The notes under the pieces were generated by a model that was not told where the DNA came from, did not search any database, and was given only the letters and a program-made list of their open reading frames with translations. Positions 1-10,938 of a DNA stretch of 64,000 nt are shown here, piece after piece (the first letter of the stretch is position 1; the number at the start of each line of letters is the position of its first letter). A program made the translations under genes and the position numbers. Source of the stretch: Epithemia pelagica (Eukaryota > Protista > Bacillariophyta); NCBI GenBank assembly GCA_946965045.2, contig OX337229.1, positions 930,001-994,000 on the forward strand, in the 5' to 3' direction.

Positions 1-2
1 AA

Positions 3-1592
3 CCACGCTCCGAACCAACCACAGCCTCCCACTACGTTCCAGGAACAGTTTCGTGGTTGGTTCCATCACCACAGCAACACCACCAACAACAACACCGATA
101 CGTGCATTCCAAGACGCTACGAGCCGCCACTCGAACCCATTCGTACTACCACCACCAAGACCATGACAATCATCATGATGACTATGAGGAGGAGGAGGAT
201 ACTCATAATCCAGAACCCCTCCCACGTCCGCCCAATCCCGCCTCCTTTTCGCGATACGAAGCGCAGTATTCGTACAGTCAGTATGCACGTCGTGATTCGC
301 GTCGTCGTCCCTCCTACCATCGTCATCGTCCTTCCAGTACGGCACTCTTTCCACACTCCCCGGAATATGCACACGAAGAAGGAGAAGACGACGGAGACGG
401 CGACTATTATCATGGCAACGACGACTACGACGACTATGAAGAGCAAGAGGAGGAGGAGAACAATTCTTACAACGACAACGACGACTACTATGGTGTGGAC
501 CAAGACAAGGACCATCATCATCATCATCATAAAGACTGGAAAGACAACAATCAGCACTCTCCAAGCTACAGCAACAACAACAAGAATGGGGAACAACGGC
601 CACGACGACAACGACAACAACAATACCCAAAACAACAATCGTACAGCAACCCTCGAACCAGAGACTCGACGCGTGGATACGAACCGAAACGTTCGTCGCA
701 TCACCAACGTCGACCAGAGAATCGTGAACGACAATCCTTTGTTTCACAACCCGAACGATCCGAAACGAACCACAATGATAATAATCCCAATTTGGCCTGG
801 TCCTCGCCGCAATCGTCCTTGACCTGTCCCTTTACTCGGGGGGACAAGGTAATGGTGGAAGTGACCCAATTTGGACCGCTCGGTGCCAGTGTTGACATTG
901 TCGCCCATGCCTCGCACAATCCACAAGATATGATTGCCACCCATGAACCGCCCTTGGCCAAGGGATTGATTTATCAAGATGAAATTCGATACTTTCAACA
1001 AGGACGACACAATGTTCCCATTGTAGTGGGGGAAGTCTTGCCCGCCTATATCCTCAAGATCAAAACCGAACCGCCGCTCCAACAAGAAGAACCAGAAACT
1101 GAAGAACAAGAACAAGAACCGTTTGGCAATGGTCCCCAATCCTCCAACAACAACAAAAGGAGCAAGAACGATGACACCAATGATCTGAACCCAGTGGAAC
1201 TGGATGACTATGGACGACCCATACATCCCCGTCATCGTCGGACCTTTTCGACGAAACGATCCTATCCCCTGTACAGCATGACGGACGATGGCTTTTTCAA
1301 GTTGGACATTTGTTTGCGCATTTTTGGGAGTCAAGCCAAGGCCGAGTCTGTCGCCACGCTTGTCTTGGAACTCTTGCACAAACGGCAGTCGACCACTCCT
1401 GAGCGAGCTACCATTCCCATTGGGGACAAGTCCTCTCCGGATGAAATTGCTCGGTGGTTTCCCGGTGTGAGCAAATTGTCCTTTAAACGGGCCCTGTCGG
1501 CCCTCTACAAGCAAGGCAAGGTGGAACCCGGACGTCATTCCGTCACCTTGTTGGAGGTGGACAAAGAAGACGGAACCCATACCCACGAATAA
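3..1592 (+). CDS. cvfB: CvfB-like S1 RNA-binding protein with C-terminal winged helix and a long low-complexity N-terminus (5'-truncated by the window edge)
   Basis: Frame is open from base 3; position 57 is TTG, not ATG. S1-like segment GDKVMVEVTQFGPLGASVDI...GEVLPAYILKI. C-terminal IPIGDKSSPDEIARWFPGVSKLSFKRALSALYKQGKV resembles the CvfB winged-helix signature. Confidence 0.7.
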   Translation, partial: PRSEPTTASHYVPGTVSWLVPSPQQHHQQQHRYVHSKTLRAATRTHSYYHHQDHDNHHDDYEEEEDTHNPEPLPRPPNPASFSRYEAQYSYSQYARRDSRRRPSYHRHRPSSTALFPHSPEYAHEEGEDDGDGDYYHGNDDYDDYEEQEEEENNSYNDNDDYYGVDQDKDHHHHHHKDWKDNNQHSPSYSNNNKNGEQRPRRQRQQQYPKQQSYSNPRTRDSTRGYEPKRSSHHQRRPENRERQSFVSQPERSETNHNDNNPNLAWSSPQSSLTCPFTRGDKVMVEVTQFGPLGASVDIVAHASHNPQDMIATHEPPLAKGLIYQDEIRYFQQGRHNVPIVVGEVLPAYILKIKTEPPLQQEEPETEEQEQEPFGNGPQSSNNNKRSKNDDTNDLNPVELDDYGRPIHPRHRRTFSTKRSYPLYSMTDDGFFKLDICLRIFGSQAKAESVATLVLELLHKRQSTTPERATIPIGDKSSPDEIARWFPGVSKLSFKRALSALYKQGKVEPGRHSVTLLEVDKEDGTHTHE

Positions 1593-1605
1593 ACACAAAC
1601 AACAA

Positions 1606-1735
1606 TGACAATTGGCATCCAGAACACTATACGGTGTGAATTCCATATGTGATCGATTAAGGATCCCTACTCTAGCTAGAGATTCATACAACAGCCACTT
1701 GCTAGTAATCCATTTGGTTTCACTTATGGCATCGT
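1606..1735. repeat. Direct repeat copy A (~130 bp) flanking the Crinkler-type REase gene
   Basis: Manual alignment with 3244-3375 gives 112/133 identical columns, e.g. ACAACAGCCACTTGCT, TAAGGATCC, CATTTGGT, ATGGCATCGT. Confidence 0.9.
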
Positions 1736-1888
1736 TGTAAGGCAAATTGTGCATCATGCCAACAGTGGGAGCTATGTGAGATGAACAGTTCGGCACAACA
1801 TGAAATGAACCGAAGCAATGGCATGAAAAGAACCTTCTGATATGGTTGGTACTTGAAGGTAGTCGAAATCGGTCTCTTTCCACGTCGG

Positions 1889-3067
1889 TCAGAGAGTTGT
1901 ACCAGTCATATGAGGGACAATGTGCTTCGCGGCAAATGCACGAACGATTTCGTACTGTTCATTTTTGTCCACCATATCCAGCAGGTCGAGTTCGTTGCCG
2001 ACATCTCTGTAAGAAGGAGGTGCCAACAGACTCAATGCACTCGCCATGCTCATAGAAGCAGCTCCGCCAGTGGAAGCGGAGCCTTGATTGTTTTGATGTA
2101 ACGTTCCACCGCCTCCCGCTGAAGAGGAGATCAGACCGCTTCCAGATGATTGATCCTTGTCTTGTCCAGTTGAAGGTAGATCCTTTGAATCCTGGTCAGG
2201 CAGGTCACCTTCATCGTGATTAAATTTCACCCGCTTTCTGCCGTCCACGCTTTCGTTCGCCAAAGACTTGAGAACTGCTCGAAATGAAAGTCGATGGGCA
2301 AAAGTCGTTGGAAGTGCGCTTGCTGCTGGGGCGGAACCACTGAACAGGCTCTCCAACAAATGCTTTGCATCCGCTCCAGCTGTTTGACCAGACAGCTCGA
2401 GCTTGTAGACACAGATCTTTCGTTTCGCACCATCGGTCGCTTCGGCAAACCAAAAAAACCGCCAGGATTCGTTCAAATCAGTCAAAACCGAAACAACTGG
2501 AAAATCCATATTGAGGTAAGACGCGGCAAGATGCTCACACACCACTTCCGGGGTGTGATTCTTCTCTTCAAGGCTCCTGGGTTTCTTCAATTCCAACAGA
2601 GCTCGAATATTGCCCCGCACTGTGTCGGGTTGCGAATCTGCCGCTGTGGTGATTGCAACATCCGTAGTTCCGCTCATCTTTCGACTTGTTTGTTCACCGT
2701 TTGTCAACTCTACCGTCAACAGGTGCTGTTCTTGCTGCACATCTACCAATGCGAATTCCGATGGGATCTGAAGTATCTTTCGCAGGTGAGTCATGTAAGC
2801 ATTTCGATTGTCGTCGGAGTTTTCGTTTGAGCTGTCCCACTGAAACCCTTGGATACTTGTCAGGTTTTCCGCCTTGTTGGCCCACACGGAGTCCTTCATT
2901 TTCAGCCCCAGCCAACCCAACAACTCATTCATTCCTGTACCTGTGGCATTTGAAAGATCAATCGTATGCTTTCGCTTCCGTTCAAGCCCTATTTCAATGA
3001 GACCCTGTATGGCTTCTGGAGGAAAGTCATGCGGCAGCAGCAGCTGAGACGGCTGAATGGACGCCAT
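1889..3067 (-). CDS. Crinkler-type (CR) PD-(D/E)xK restriction-endonuclease-fold protein, intronless
   Basis: First ATG at 3067 (MASIQPSQ) within the 1889-3190 ORF. Motifs SGTTDV, LLELKK, VVCEHLAAS, VVSVLTDLN and WRFFWF match the CR-REase pattern. Gly/Ser-rich linker precedes a short C-terminal helical motif. Confidence 0.75.
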   Translation of the reverse strand: MASIQPSQLLLPHDFPPEAIQGLIEIGLERKRKHTIDLSNATGTGMNELLGWLGLKMKDSVWANKAENLTSIQGFQWDSSNENSDDNRNAYMTHLRKILQIPSEFALVDVQQEQHLLTVELTNGEQTSRKMSGTTDVAITTAADSQPDTVRGNIRALLELKKPRSLEEKNHTPEVVCEHLAASYLNMDFPVVSVLTDLNESWRFFWFAEATDGAKRKICVYKLELSGQTAGADAKHLLESLFSGSAPAASALPTTFAHRLSFRAVLKSLANESVDGRKRVKFNHDEGDLPDQDSKDLPSTGQDKDQSSGSGLISSSAGGGGTLHQNNQGSASTGGAASMSMASALSLLAPPSYRDVGNELDLLDMVDKNEQYEIVRAFAAKHIVPHMTGTTL

Positions 3068-3243
3068 TGACGAGAGAATCAAAAGCCAAGGATCTGCAGT
3101 CTGCAGTGAGAACGAAGGGCAAAAAAACAACAACGAGACTCTCCTGGAATTTTCCCGCAAACACCATTGAGCGAGCCGAGTCCCGAGCACTAGTGACTAA
3201 CCTTGATCTACCTAGCTACTCCTCTCTACTAGGAGGCAATGAT

Positions 3244-3375
3244 TGACATTAGGCATCCAGGACACTCTACTGTGTGAATACCGTAGGTTATCAAGTAAGG
3301 ATCCATACTCTAGTAGAGATTGATGCAACAACAGCCACTTGCTGGTACTCCATTTGGTGTCACTCATGGCATCGT
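3244..3375. repeat. Direct repeat copy B (~130 bp) flanking the Crinkler-type REase gene
   Basis: Same orientation as 1606-1735; ~84% identity by manual alignment with two small indels. Confidence 0.9.
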
Positions 3376-3478
3376 CCATGTCCCTACAAACTACCTACCT
3401 AGCTACCTAGCTTGTCCTCCATCTCCTTGTACGTGTGCGCGCAGGTTTCCTCCTCTCTGTCTCATCTGCCCGCTCCTC

Positions 3479-4369
3479 TTAAGGTATCCAACTTTCGGCA
3501 AAGGCATCCCATTCGGATTCGCCAATGGCCTTTTTGGTCAAGGCAATGCCATTTTCAAAGGGAACACCCTCCCATCCCGTTTTCATAAAGTTGCGAATGT
3601 TTTGGTGATCGGTACCGTCGGGATTGGCCTTGACATCCCGGTAGTATTCACCCCACAATTTCAGGGTATTTTCCTTGTCCAAATTGCTCAAGGCGGCATA
3701 GGACAAGACCTTGGCCGATCCTTCGTTTTCGCCCTGTTGGTTCACCAAGTCTCCATTTTTGAATTCCAACAATTGCGATTCGTAATGTTTGTCAATCATT
3801 TCAATGACGTCGGCAAACAAGAGGGCCGATCCGTCCATTTCCAAATTGGCATTGAACACTTCGCATTCGTCCGGAATGGTTTCACCGGCCGCACGAATGT
3901 CGTCCAACATGCGAGCTGGTTGCGAATCGACCACGGCACCACCCTTGGCCGTTGTACCGTCCCAGCCAAATCTGCAATGAGAACAAGAATGAGTTGTATA
4001 TTTTGAATGGTAGGCGTGTATTGTGTTTGGGGTGTTGGTTTCGTTGTGTATACAGGTTGTTGTTGTTGTTGTTGTTGTGTACAGGAAATCAGTATAGACA
4101 AACGTTCATTCCGGGTAAACGCCAAGAATTGAAAAAAAGTTTCATCCAGCCATTTCAAAAGACAATTGTATGAGAAGAACAACCACAAAAAAACACCTGA
4201 AGAAATAATGAACCACTGATACACACCGTAAAACATCCGACTTGTCCGTGGGTCCACGAATTTCGGCATTCAAATGAACCGATCGAGCCACGCTACCGGA
4301 TGGTGCAACGACAAAGGCCTCGGCTTGAGAGAAAATGAGGGCGGCAGCAACAAGCGAAGGAACCAACAT
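3479..4369 (-). CDS. Plastid-targeted HopJ-domain protein (2 exons: 4369-4228, 3971-3479)
   Basis: Signal peptide MLVPSLVAAALIFSQAEA|FVVAPS. GT-AG intron 4227-3972 restores the frame (DVLR/FGWDG). NEGSAKVLSYA...GEYYRDV...DGTDHQNIRNFMKTGWEGVPF matches the HopJ family. Confidence 0.8.
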
Positions 4370-4740
4370 GGTTGTGTATACGAAAAGAGTCTGTTTCGTG
4401 AGTCGATTGTCACAGTGGTCGAACAAACGGGGCAAATCTTTGGGAGTTGATCTCTGATGGATGGAACAGACAGCCGTCGTGCGTGGTGGAAGCTCTTCAA
4501 CAATCTCTAGAGCGTAAGTATTATTATCCTCAATGATATACAAATTTTTAGTCACATCAGAAACCGATGGGAAGTCGGTCGGTGACGTCAGTTGTTGGAG
4601 CCTCGCTTTTGTCTCACATTTTTTCTTTGGGTTCCCTTTCTCTCCATTGAAGGAAAGCAAAATCGCCTCGACGACGACGACGACAACCAAACAAGTAGAA
4701 GATAGCGTCGTTTGCACATTCTTTGGAACGCAGTACCATC

Positions 4741-6164
4741 ATGACGACCCACACACGACGGCTCTCCATTGCCACACTTATGCTCTTGCTTGCCCTGGCG
4801 CCCCTGACAAGTCTGGCCTTTTTGCCCAGTCTCCAGACCACCACAACGGCCACGGATCGGTCGTCCTTGGAATATGTGTCACCCGACTTGACGGGTGTTC
4901 AAGAGGCAGCCTGTTTGGAAACGGGGCGTCGTATGCAACGGGTACCGGTGCCCGTCCCCACGACCATTAGCAAGACGGGGACAGTGGACATTTCCTTTTC
5001 GTATTGGCCAGCCACCAAGCAATCACAACAACCATCATTGGACTATCCCCTGGTCTTGATTCATGGATTTGACAGTTCGTGTTTGGAATATCGAAGTATG
5101 TGATCATTGATTGCTGGACCAGCCGCCATGCAACAACATTAACAACCACAACAAATGGACTTGTCTCATACTGTGTTGTGTGTGTCTTTTGATTGTTTGT
5201 ACTCTCTATTGGACGTGTTGTTGTGTTGTGTGTTGTTCTGTTGTTAGGATTGGGTTCTCGCTTGGCCGCGGAGGGCATTGACACGTATGCGGTGGATTTG
5301 TTGGGATGGGGCTTTACGCAATTGGAAGAGGTGGAAAGCTTTTCGGCCGAGGCCAAGGTGACGGCCTTGAATTCCTTCTTGGAAACGACGCTGGGCGGCG
5401 GCAAGTTTTGCCTGGCCGGGGCTAGTCTCGGCGGAGCTGCCGCCATTCAAGTGGCGGCCACCAATCCCCAGTGTGCTGGACTCGTCTTGATTGATGCGCA
5501 AGGATTTGTCGATGGCATTGGACCCATGTCGTTCCTGCCACAACCCGTCGCCCAATTGGGAGTACAAGTCTTGAGTAAGTGTCCTGCAACGAACAGTCAA
5601 GCAAGCAAACAATGACCAACTGGCGGTACTATGATAATAGTTGAATCGTCTCCTTCTCATTTGCTTCCTTCTCTCAACACAGAAAGTGTCCCCTTGCGTT
5701 CATCGGCCAACCAAATGAGTTATTTTGACAAGGAAACCTTTGCCACGGACGAAGCGGTCGTCATTGGCCGATTGCATTGTTTGCGCGAGGGCTGGAACAA
5801 TGCCCTCGTTTCCTTTATGCAATCGGGAGGCTTTGCTCCATCGACGCAATTGGCCCAAATTACCTGTCCCTCCCTCATTTTGTGGGGCCGTCAGGATGGG
5901 ATTTTGGAAGGTCCCGAATTCGCTCCCAAATTTTTACAGGCCTTGGCCAATGCCGAATTGGAATGGATTGAAGAATGCGGCCATGTGCCGCATTTGGAAA
6001 AACCCGATGAAACTACGGCCGCCATGGTACGCTTCTTGACCACACGCGTTCAACCCGAACGTCGAACGACTCCGTCGTCTCTGGTGGGAACAACAAGCGG
6101 GTGGATTGGCCTGGCCAGTGTCGGTGCTACAGCGGCCGTGTTGGCGGACCAATGGGCCTTTTAG
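4741..6164 (+). CDS. Alpha/beta-fold hydrolase, probably plastid-targeted (exons 4741-5095, 5248-5574, 5683-6164)
   Basis: VLIHGFDSS, AVDLLGWG, nucleophile elbow GASLGG, ILWGRQDGI, CGHVPHLEKP. Two frame-consistent GT-AG introns. Signal peptide ends SLA|FLP. Confidence 0.85.
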
Positions 6165-6651
6165 ACACAAGACACAAAACTACCTAGGTAGCGTTTGAAA
6201 CAAGATTTTGCACAGTTGTCATGCTCCTTATGTGTTTCTCTCCTCGTAGTAGAGTTTCTAGAAATGGTTGACAAACGTTATTGGTAGTGAAGAAATCAGT
6301 GCGTTTTAGAAGATCCACGGTCAAGACCGAACCAGTGGATTTGTGACTTTGTTCGACGCTGTGACTCTATCTATTCCAAATTCTAAACTCGTGTGTATCA
6401 TCCAAGCCAATCTAGATGATGAAACACAAAAGACATGGGGCACACCAGCAAAAACCACATCCACTGTTGCATTCGCTGCTGCCCGGTCCACATGTCATGA
6501 GCGTTTTCCAATGCCATTGTTGTCGAGGAAATCATGCGTTCCATGGGGTGTGTCGGATCGGTTAGTGTGTGCCACGGACATTTAGTTTCACACACACTCG
6601 ACGTTGTGTGTAAGGTTCCATTCCTGTCGTGTCGTGAGCTGCTCCCATTCC

Positions 6652-7980
6652 TCACGACGAATCCAAGAAGAGTTCGGATCCTACCATGATGACGACACCG
6701 GCAACCAGTCCCACGACAAAGGGCACGGAACTTTGGGTGGAATGCCGTCGTGCTTCCGGAAAGAGTTCCAGGACGGCTACGGTCGTCATGATTCCAGCCA
6801 CAAAGGCCAAGACATTGTCCATGGACATCCAGGAGGACGACGACGATACAGAGTCGTGATTGGTGGAAACCTGCAAGACAATGAGCGCCACCATGGCACC
6901 CAGGGGTTCAAAGAGTCCGGAAATACTGGCCAATCCAAAGGCGAGACAGGGCGAATGGGGTCGGGCGACCAAACAGGGAATGGCAATGGCAATACCTTCG
7001 GGAATATTGTGCAAGGCAATGGCCACAGTCGTGGTCACGCCCAATCGCATGGAATGCAGGGTACAAGCCGCCACGGCCAAGCCTTCGGGAAAATTGTGGA
7101 CCGCCAGCGACACAAACAAGAGCATGGTCACCCGCCAGGCCCGACGGGCACTTGCACTCGACAAATCGGTTCCCGACGTCCATTGCACCATCCAATGCGT
7201 TCGACTATTGTTGTTGTGGTTGTTGTTGTGAGGACGAGCCGTTTTGTTGTACGTGTCATGGTCGTCATTCATGGTGGTGGTGGTCGTCGTTGTAGTAGTA
7301 TCGCTCGACTGTGATCGACGAGGACTGTTGGTGACTTGTCGCTTGTAGAGTTCCGATTGGGCCGCTGTACCTTTGCGAGGAGCGGCCGTTGTCGTGGTGG
7401 TGGTGGTTGCTTGATTCGTAGGACCACCACCACACGACTCGTCCTGATCAAAGGAATGGGACGAACCCAATTCCTGGTCGTCGTCCTTCCACAACAATGC
7501 TTCTTCTTCATCATCGTCGTCGTCTTGCTGTTCGTGGTGGTCCAGTTGCAAAATGGCATCGGGTTCGGGAAAGGCACATTTGGACAAGAGCGCATACAAG
7601 GCACATCCCAGGGCAAATCCCACCCCTCGTTGCACCAAAAGAGGCGTGGAGACCCACTCCTGGTGGTCGTCCTGCAAACTTTCGGGCAACAAGGAGGCAA
7701 AACTGACCGTGACCATGACACTGCCCGCCAAGGATAACGAAAAGGCCATGTGCGCGGGACGGACCAAGGCCGTTGCAGTCGTCGTCGAATCGCCGTCTTT
7801 CTGGTTGCTGGTGGTGGTGGGACGACGACTCAAACAAAAGACACTGGCCGCCCCCAAACAGGTGGATAACCCAGCCAGCAGCGACAAGAGCAAGGGTTGA
7901 ATCCACAACGCATCTCCTCCTCCTTCACGACGGCCCTCTGTATTCAGCATCATGAGTTGTTCCGACAAGGACTGTTCCAT
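6652..7980 (-). CDS. ZIP-family (ZupT/ZIP11-like) zinc/metal transporter
   Basis: AGLSTCLGA, SLAGSVMVTVSF, HNFPEGLAV, ALHNIPEGIAIA, SGLFEPLGA, ELFPEA; multiple TM helices and a long cytosolic loop. Confidence 0.9.
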   Translation of the reverse strand: MEQSLSEQLMMLNTEGRREGGGDALWIQPLLLSLLAGLSTCLGAASVFCLSRRPTTTSNQKDGDSTTTATALVRPAHMAFSLSLAGSVMVTVSFASLLPESLQDDHQEWVSTPLLVQRGVGFALGCALYALLSKCAFPEPDAILQLDHHEQQDDDDDEEEALLWKDDDQELGSSHSFDQDESCGGGPTNQATTTTTTTAAPRKGTAAQSELYKRQVTNSPRRSQSSDTTTTTTTTTMNDDHDTYNKTARPHNNNHNNNSRTHWMVQWTSGTDLSSASARRAWRVTMLLFVSLAVHNFPEGLAVAACTLHSMRLGVTTTVAIALHNIPEGIAIAIPCLVARPHSPCLAFGLASISGLFEPLGAMVALIVLQVSTNHDSVSSSSSWMSMDNVLAFVAGIMTTVAVLELFPEARRHSTQSSVPFVVGLVAGVVIMVGSELFLDSS

Positions 7981-8523
7981 TTTAGTTGGTGTTAATGTAT
8001 GCGATAGAAATGTGTCTATATTCTATGGAGAGTTTTGTGGGAAAACTAATCTGTGTGTGGTGGTGATGGTTGTTGGCAGCAACGGTCGAAATCCGTCGGT
8101 CTACACGTGTTCTCATTTTTCTATGGGAGATGGGAGGGTCATTGTTTTGGGTTTGGGGGGTTGTCGACTCAAACGCGACCCAATAATAAGCTTCCCGGCC
8201 CGGGAAGGATGACATATCTTTGGTTGTTCAACCAGACGACGCCCCACCGCCATTGCGAGCTCGGTCCAATCGAACCAAGGTAGGTGTGGTTGTACTTTGT
8301 CAGCATGGACCATGACGCCAACGAAGATAGATGAGTGTTTGGCGGATGTAGATGCAGGCGTCATAGGTGTGGCGGTGGCGCATTGGAGGAAGCCATGAGA
8401 AACGAAACCTGTGCCGTCCAAAGTCAATTCTCACGTTCATGATACACACATGTTGCTCTTGTCTCGTTTTGTTGTTGTGATTTGTATTTGTGACGCACAC
8501 AGAGATTCAATATACACAACACC

Positions 8524-8928
8524 ATGTCCAAGTTTACCTTTTTCCTTTGCGCTCTTTGGATTGCCGCCACTCAGGCCTTTGTGCCGTCCTCCCCGGCCCG
8601 GGCAGCCTTTGTTGTCTCGGCTCCCGACTCGGTCGCCGTGTCCATGGCCGAAGCCGATGACATGTACTGGGAAGGCGATGCTCCTCCCAGCAAGGTCTTG
8701 GGACCCATCATGTCCAAAATGTCGTCCGGAACCCTCGGTATCTTGAGTCTCTTGTTTTTGGGTGCCTGCGGATTCTCCTGCTACCAATCCCTCCTCTTGC
8801 AGCAAGAACCCGGTGCCATTGCCGATGGCAGCTGGGTCAAGTGGTACTACGTCTTGGGCAGCTTTGGAGGACCCTTGGCCTGGGGAACCCACGTCGCCTG
8901 CTGGATTCAACGTCAAAACGGCATGTAA
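8524..8928 (+). CDS. Small plastid-targeted membrane protein of unknown function
   Basis: ATG in ACCATG context; signal peptide ending TQA|FVP; about two hydrophobic segments; C-terminus WGTHVACWIQRQNGM. Confidence 0.75.
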   Translation: MSKFTFFLCALWIAATQAFVPSSPARAAFVVSAPDSVAVSMAEADDMYWEGDAPPSKVLGPIMSKMSSGTLGILSLLFLGACGFSCYQSLLLQQEPGAIADGSWVKWYYVLGSFGGPLAWGTHVACWIQRQNGM

Positions 8929-9286
8929 ACTCTGGAGTGCTGTTCTGATGGAGATTGGAGTTTTGTTGGATGGAACCACCCATCCCCGGAGTATTGGAAC
9001 GGAACCACCACGGCTACTGTGGTGAAGCGGAAAATCTAAGAATGATACACACCTGACTACCTAGTAGCGAACCATTGTTAAATTCTCTTTGGGAATCCTT
9101 CGTTTCGTCTTTTGTGACGGAATGATATGCCTCCCCTATCCAGGTAGTTGGTTCCATGAGATCCAACCGTGTGTCAGCGTTGGAAAAGCAAGTTGAGGCA
9201 CGAGTGTCGATTCGTTTGTCTAGAACAGGCGATTTTCATTCGATTGGCACTAGTAGGATTCGTTTTGCTAGCTGCGCATGTGGTCT

Positions 9287-10522
9287 CTAGAACAACGACG
9301 ATTCCACAGGGACCATTCGTTGTTCCTCCTGGTCGTCATGTTCTTGGGGAAGAAACAAGAGGAATTTGTCCGTGAGACTGGCACTGCCCAACAAAGGCAC
9401 TCCCACCTGCCACACATGTCTCGGCACGTCCTTGGGTTGCGGAATAGTAGTGGTGGTGGTAGTATCACTACTACTATTACTTCTCCTCGAACTACCAGAA
9501 GAGGAGGGTGCAAGGTGGTGCAGGGATGGCGGCATGATTTTGTTCTTGTTGTCGTAACGTTGCCAATAGGCAGGCAAAATGCGGGCCGTATCCGTGGTTT
9601 GTTGGTGTGGATCCTCCGAACGATGATACATGCGAGAGGCTTATGCATCGGCCGCCAAGGCAAAGCTCCATCCTTGTGGTTGCTGGCGTTGTGGTTGTAG
9701 TACAGCAGAATCGGTGTGGTCGTCCGGATACAAATTGTCCTCCGGTTCGGCCTGGTCGCCCGATTCTTGCGAAAGGGTTTCCGCCTCGGTTTCGTCCTCC
9801 TCTTCCAGAGTGACAACCGAAACCAATGGTTGTTCCTGTTGTTGTTGTTCGTTTTGTAGTGGAACGAGTGGCTCGTCGCTCTGGCTGGTTGGCAAGCAAG
9901 AAGGACTACTACTAACACTCGTTGGCGTTGTTGTTGTTGTGGTCGTCGTCCAGGAGAAGAAGTCTCGACCCGATTTCCATTCCAGTTCGGCATGGACCAA
10001 ATCGTGTCGCAAGTCTTGTTCCACCGAAACCAAGCGTTGCAGTTCCATGGAAATGCCATCTTCATCATCGTCGTCATCCTCCAAAATCCAATGAGGATGG
10101 CTGCTCCATGATGCGGAGGAAAGTTGGAGTTCCATGGCCGCTTCGGCTTGACTCAACACGTCATGAATCGTCGTCGTTACCGAACGACCTTGCGACGGCA
10201 ATCCACAAGAGATTCATCGTCCTCTGGATCGGTCGACATTATCGTGCATGAGAATCAGAACACCAACAATAAATCTCCTTCTCGTCGTTTTTTCCCAGGT
10301 GGTGGTGGGCATCAACGGACCGAGCTCTTGCTTTTTGGTCTGCCCCTGTATGTGTATGTCGTTTGATGTGTGTCTTGTGGCGATTCGGTGTAGACGACGA
10401 CTGCGCGTTATGGTTGTAGAATTCAAACCAACGCCGCCGCCATCTTGTAGGGACCGCAAAAAGACATCCACATCCGTTGTGTTTTTTGAAAGTGTGGTGG
10501 CAGCTGCCTCTGAGTTAGACAT
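9287..10522 (-). pseudogene. Possible decayed or stop-interrupted gene for an acidic low-complexity protein
   Basis: ORFs 10522-10214, 10201-9641 and 9631-9287 share one reading frame and are separated only by single stops (TGA 10216-10214, TAA 9643-9641). No family recognised. Confidence 0.3.
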
Positions 10523-10938
10523 CGACTGCCGCTTCGCGCCTGCCGATATAGATGGCTGGCGTGATATCCTATGTAGACGAATGTCAGATCCAGCTATTTT
10601 GCTATAAGTACTGTACTATTCAACTCATAACACTACAGCATCAGGCCGGCTGGCGGAAAGTGGGAATGATTGCTCCGCAAGATGTTTATGGATATCTTGG
10701 CAGGATTCCCCAAACACACACACATTACACGATGATATCCATGATTGGGCTGTTCTCGTCTTTTCTCAAAATTGGGGAGAATCTTTTGGTGCCCATTCTC
10801 GGTCGCCGTGGACGACGCAAAGAACACAATCTTTGGGAGATCATCCTAACGAGAGAAACAACAGCAGGAGCACACTACGAGAAGCCAAGTTGCAAAAGAA
10901 GGTATAGAGTGGTGGTAGTTTCTTGATTTCCTTGTTCC

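Noticed and set aside
1606-3375. Reading the direct repeats as LTRs or a CRISPR array
   Set aside because: No TG...CA termini, PBS/PPT or gag-pol; only two copies 1.6 kb apart with no spacer array.
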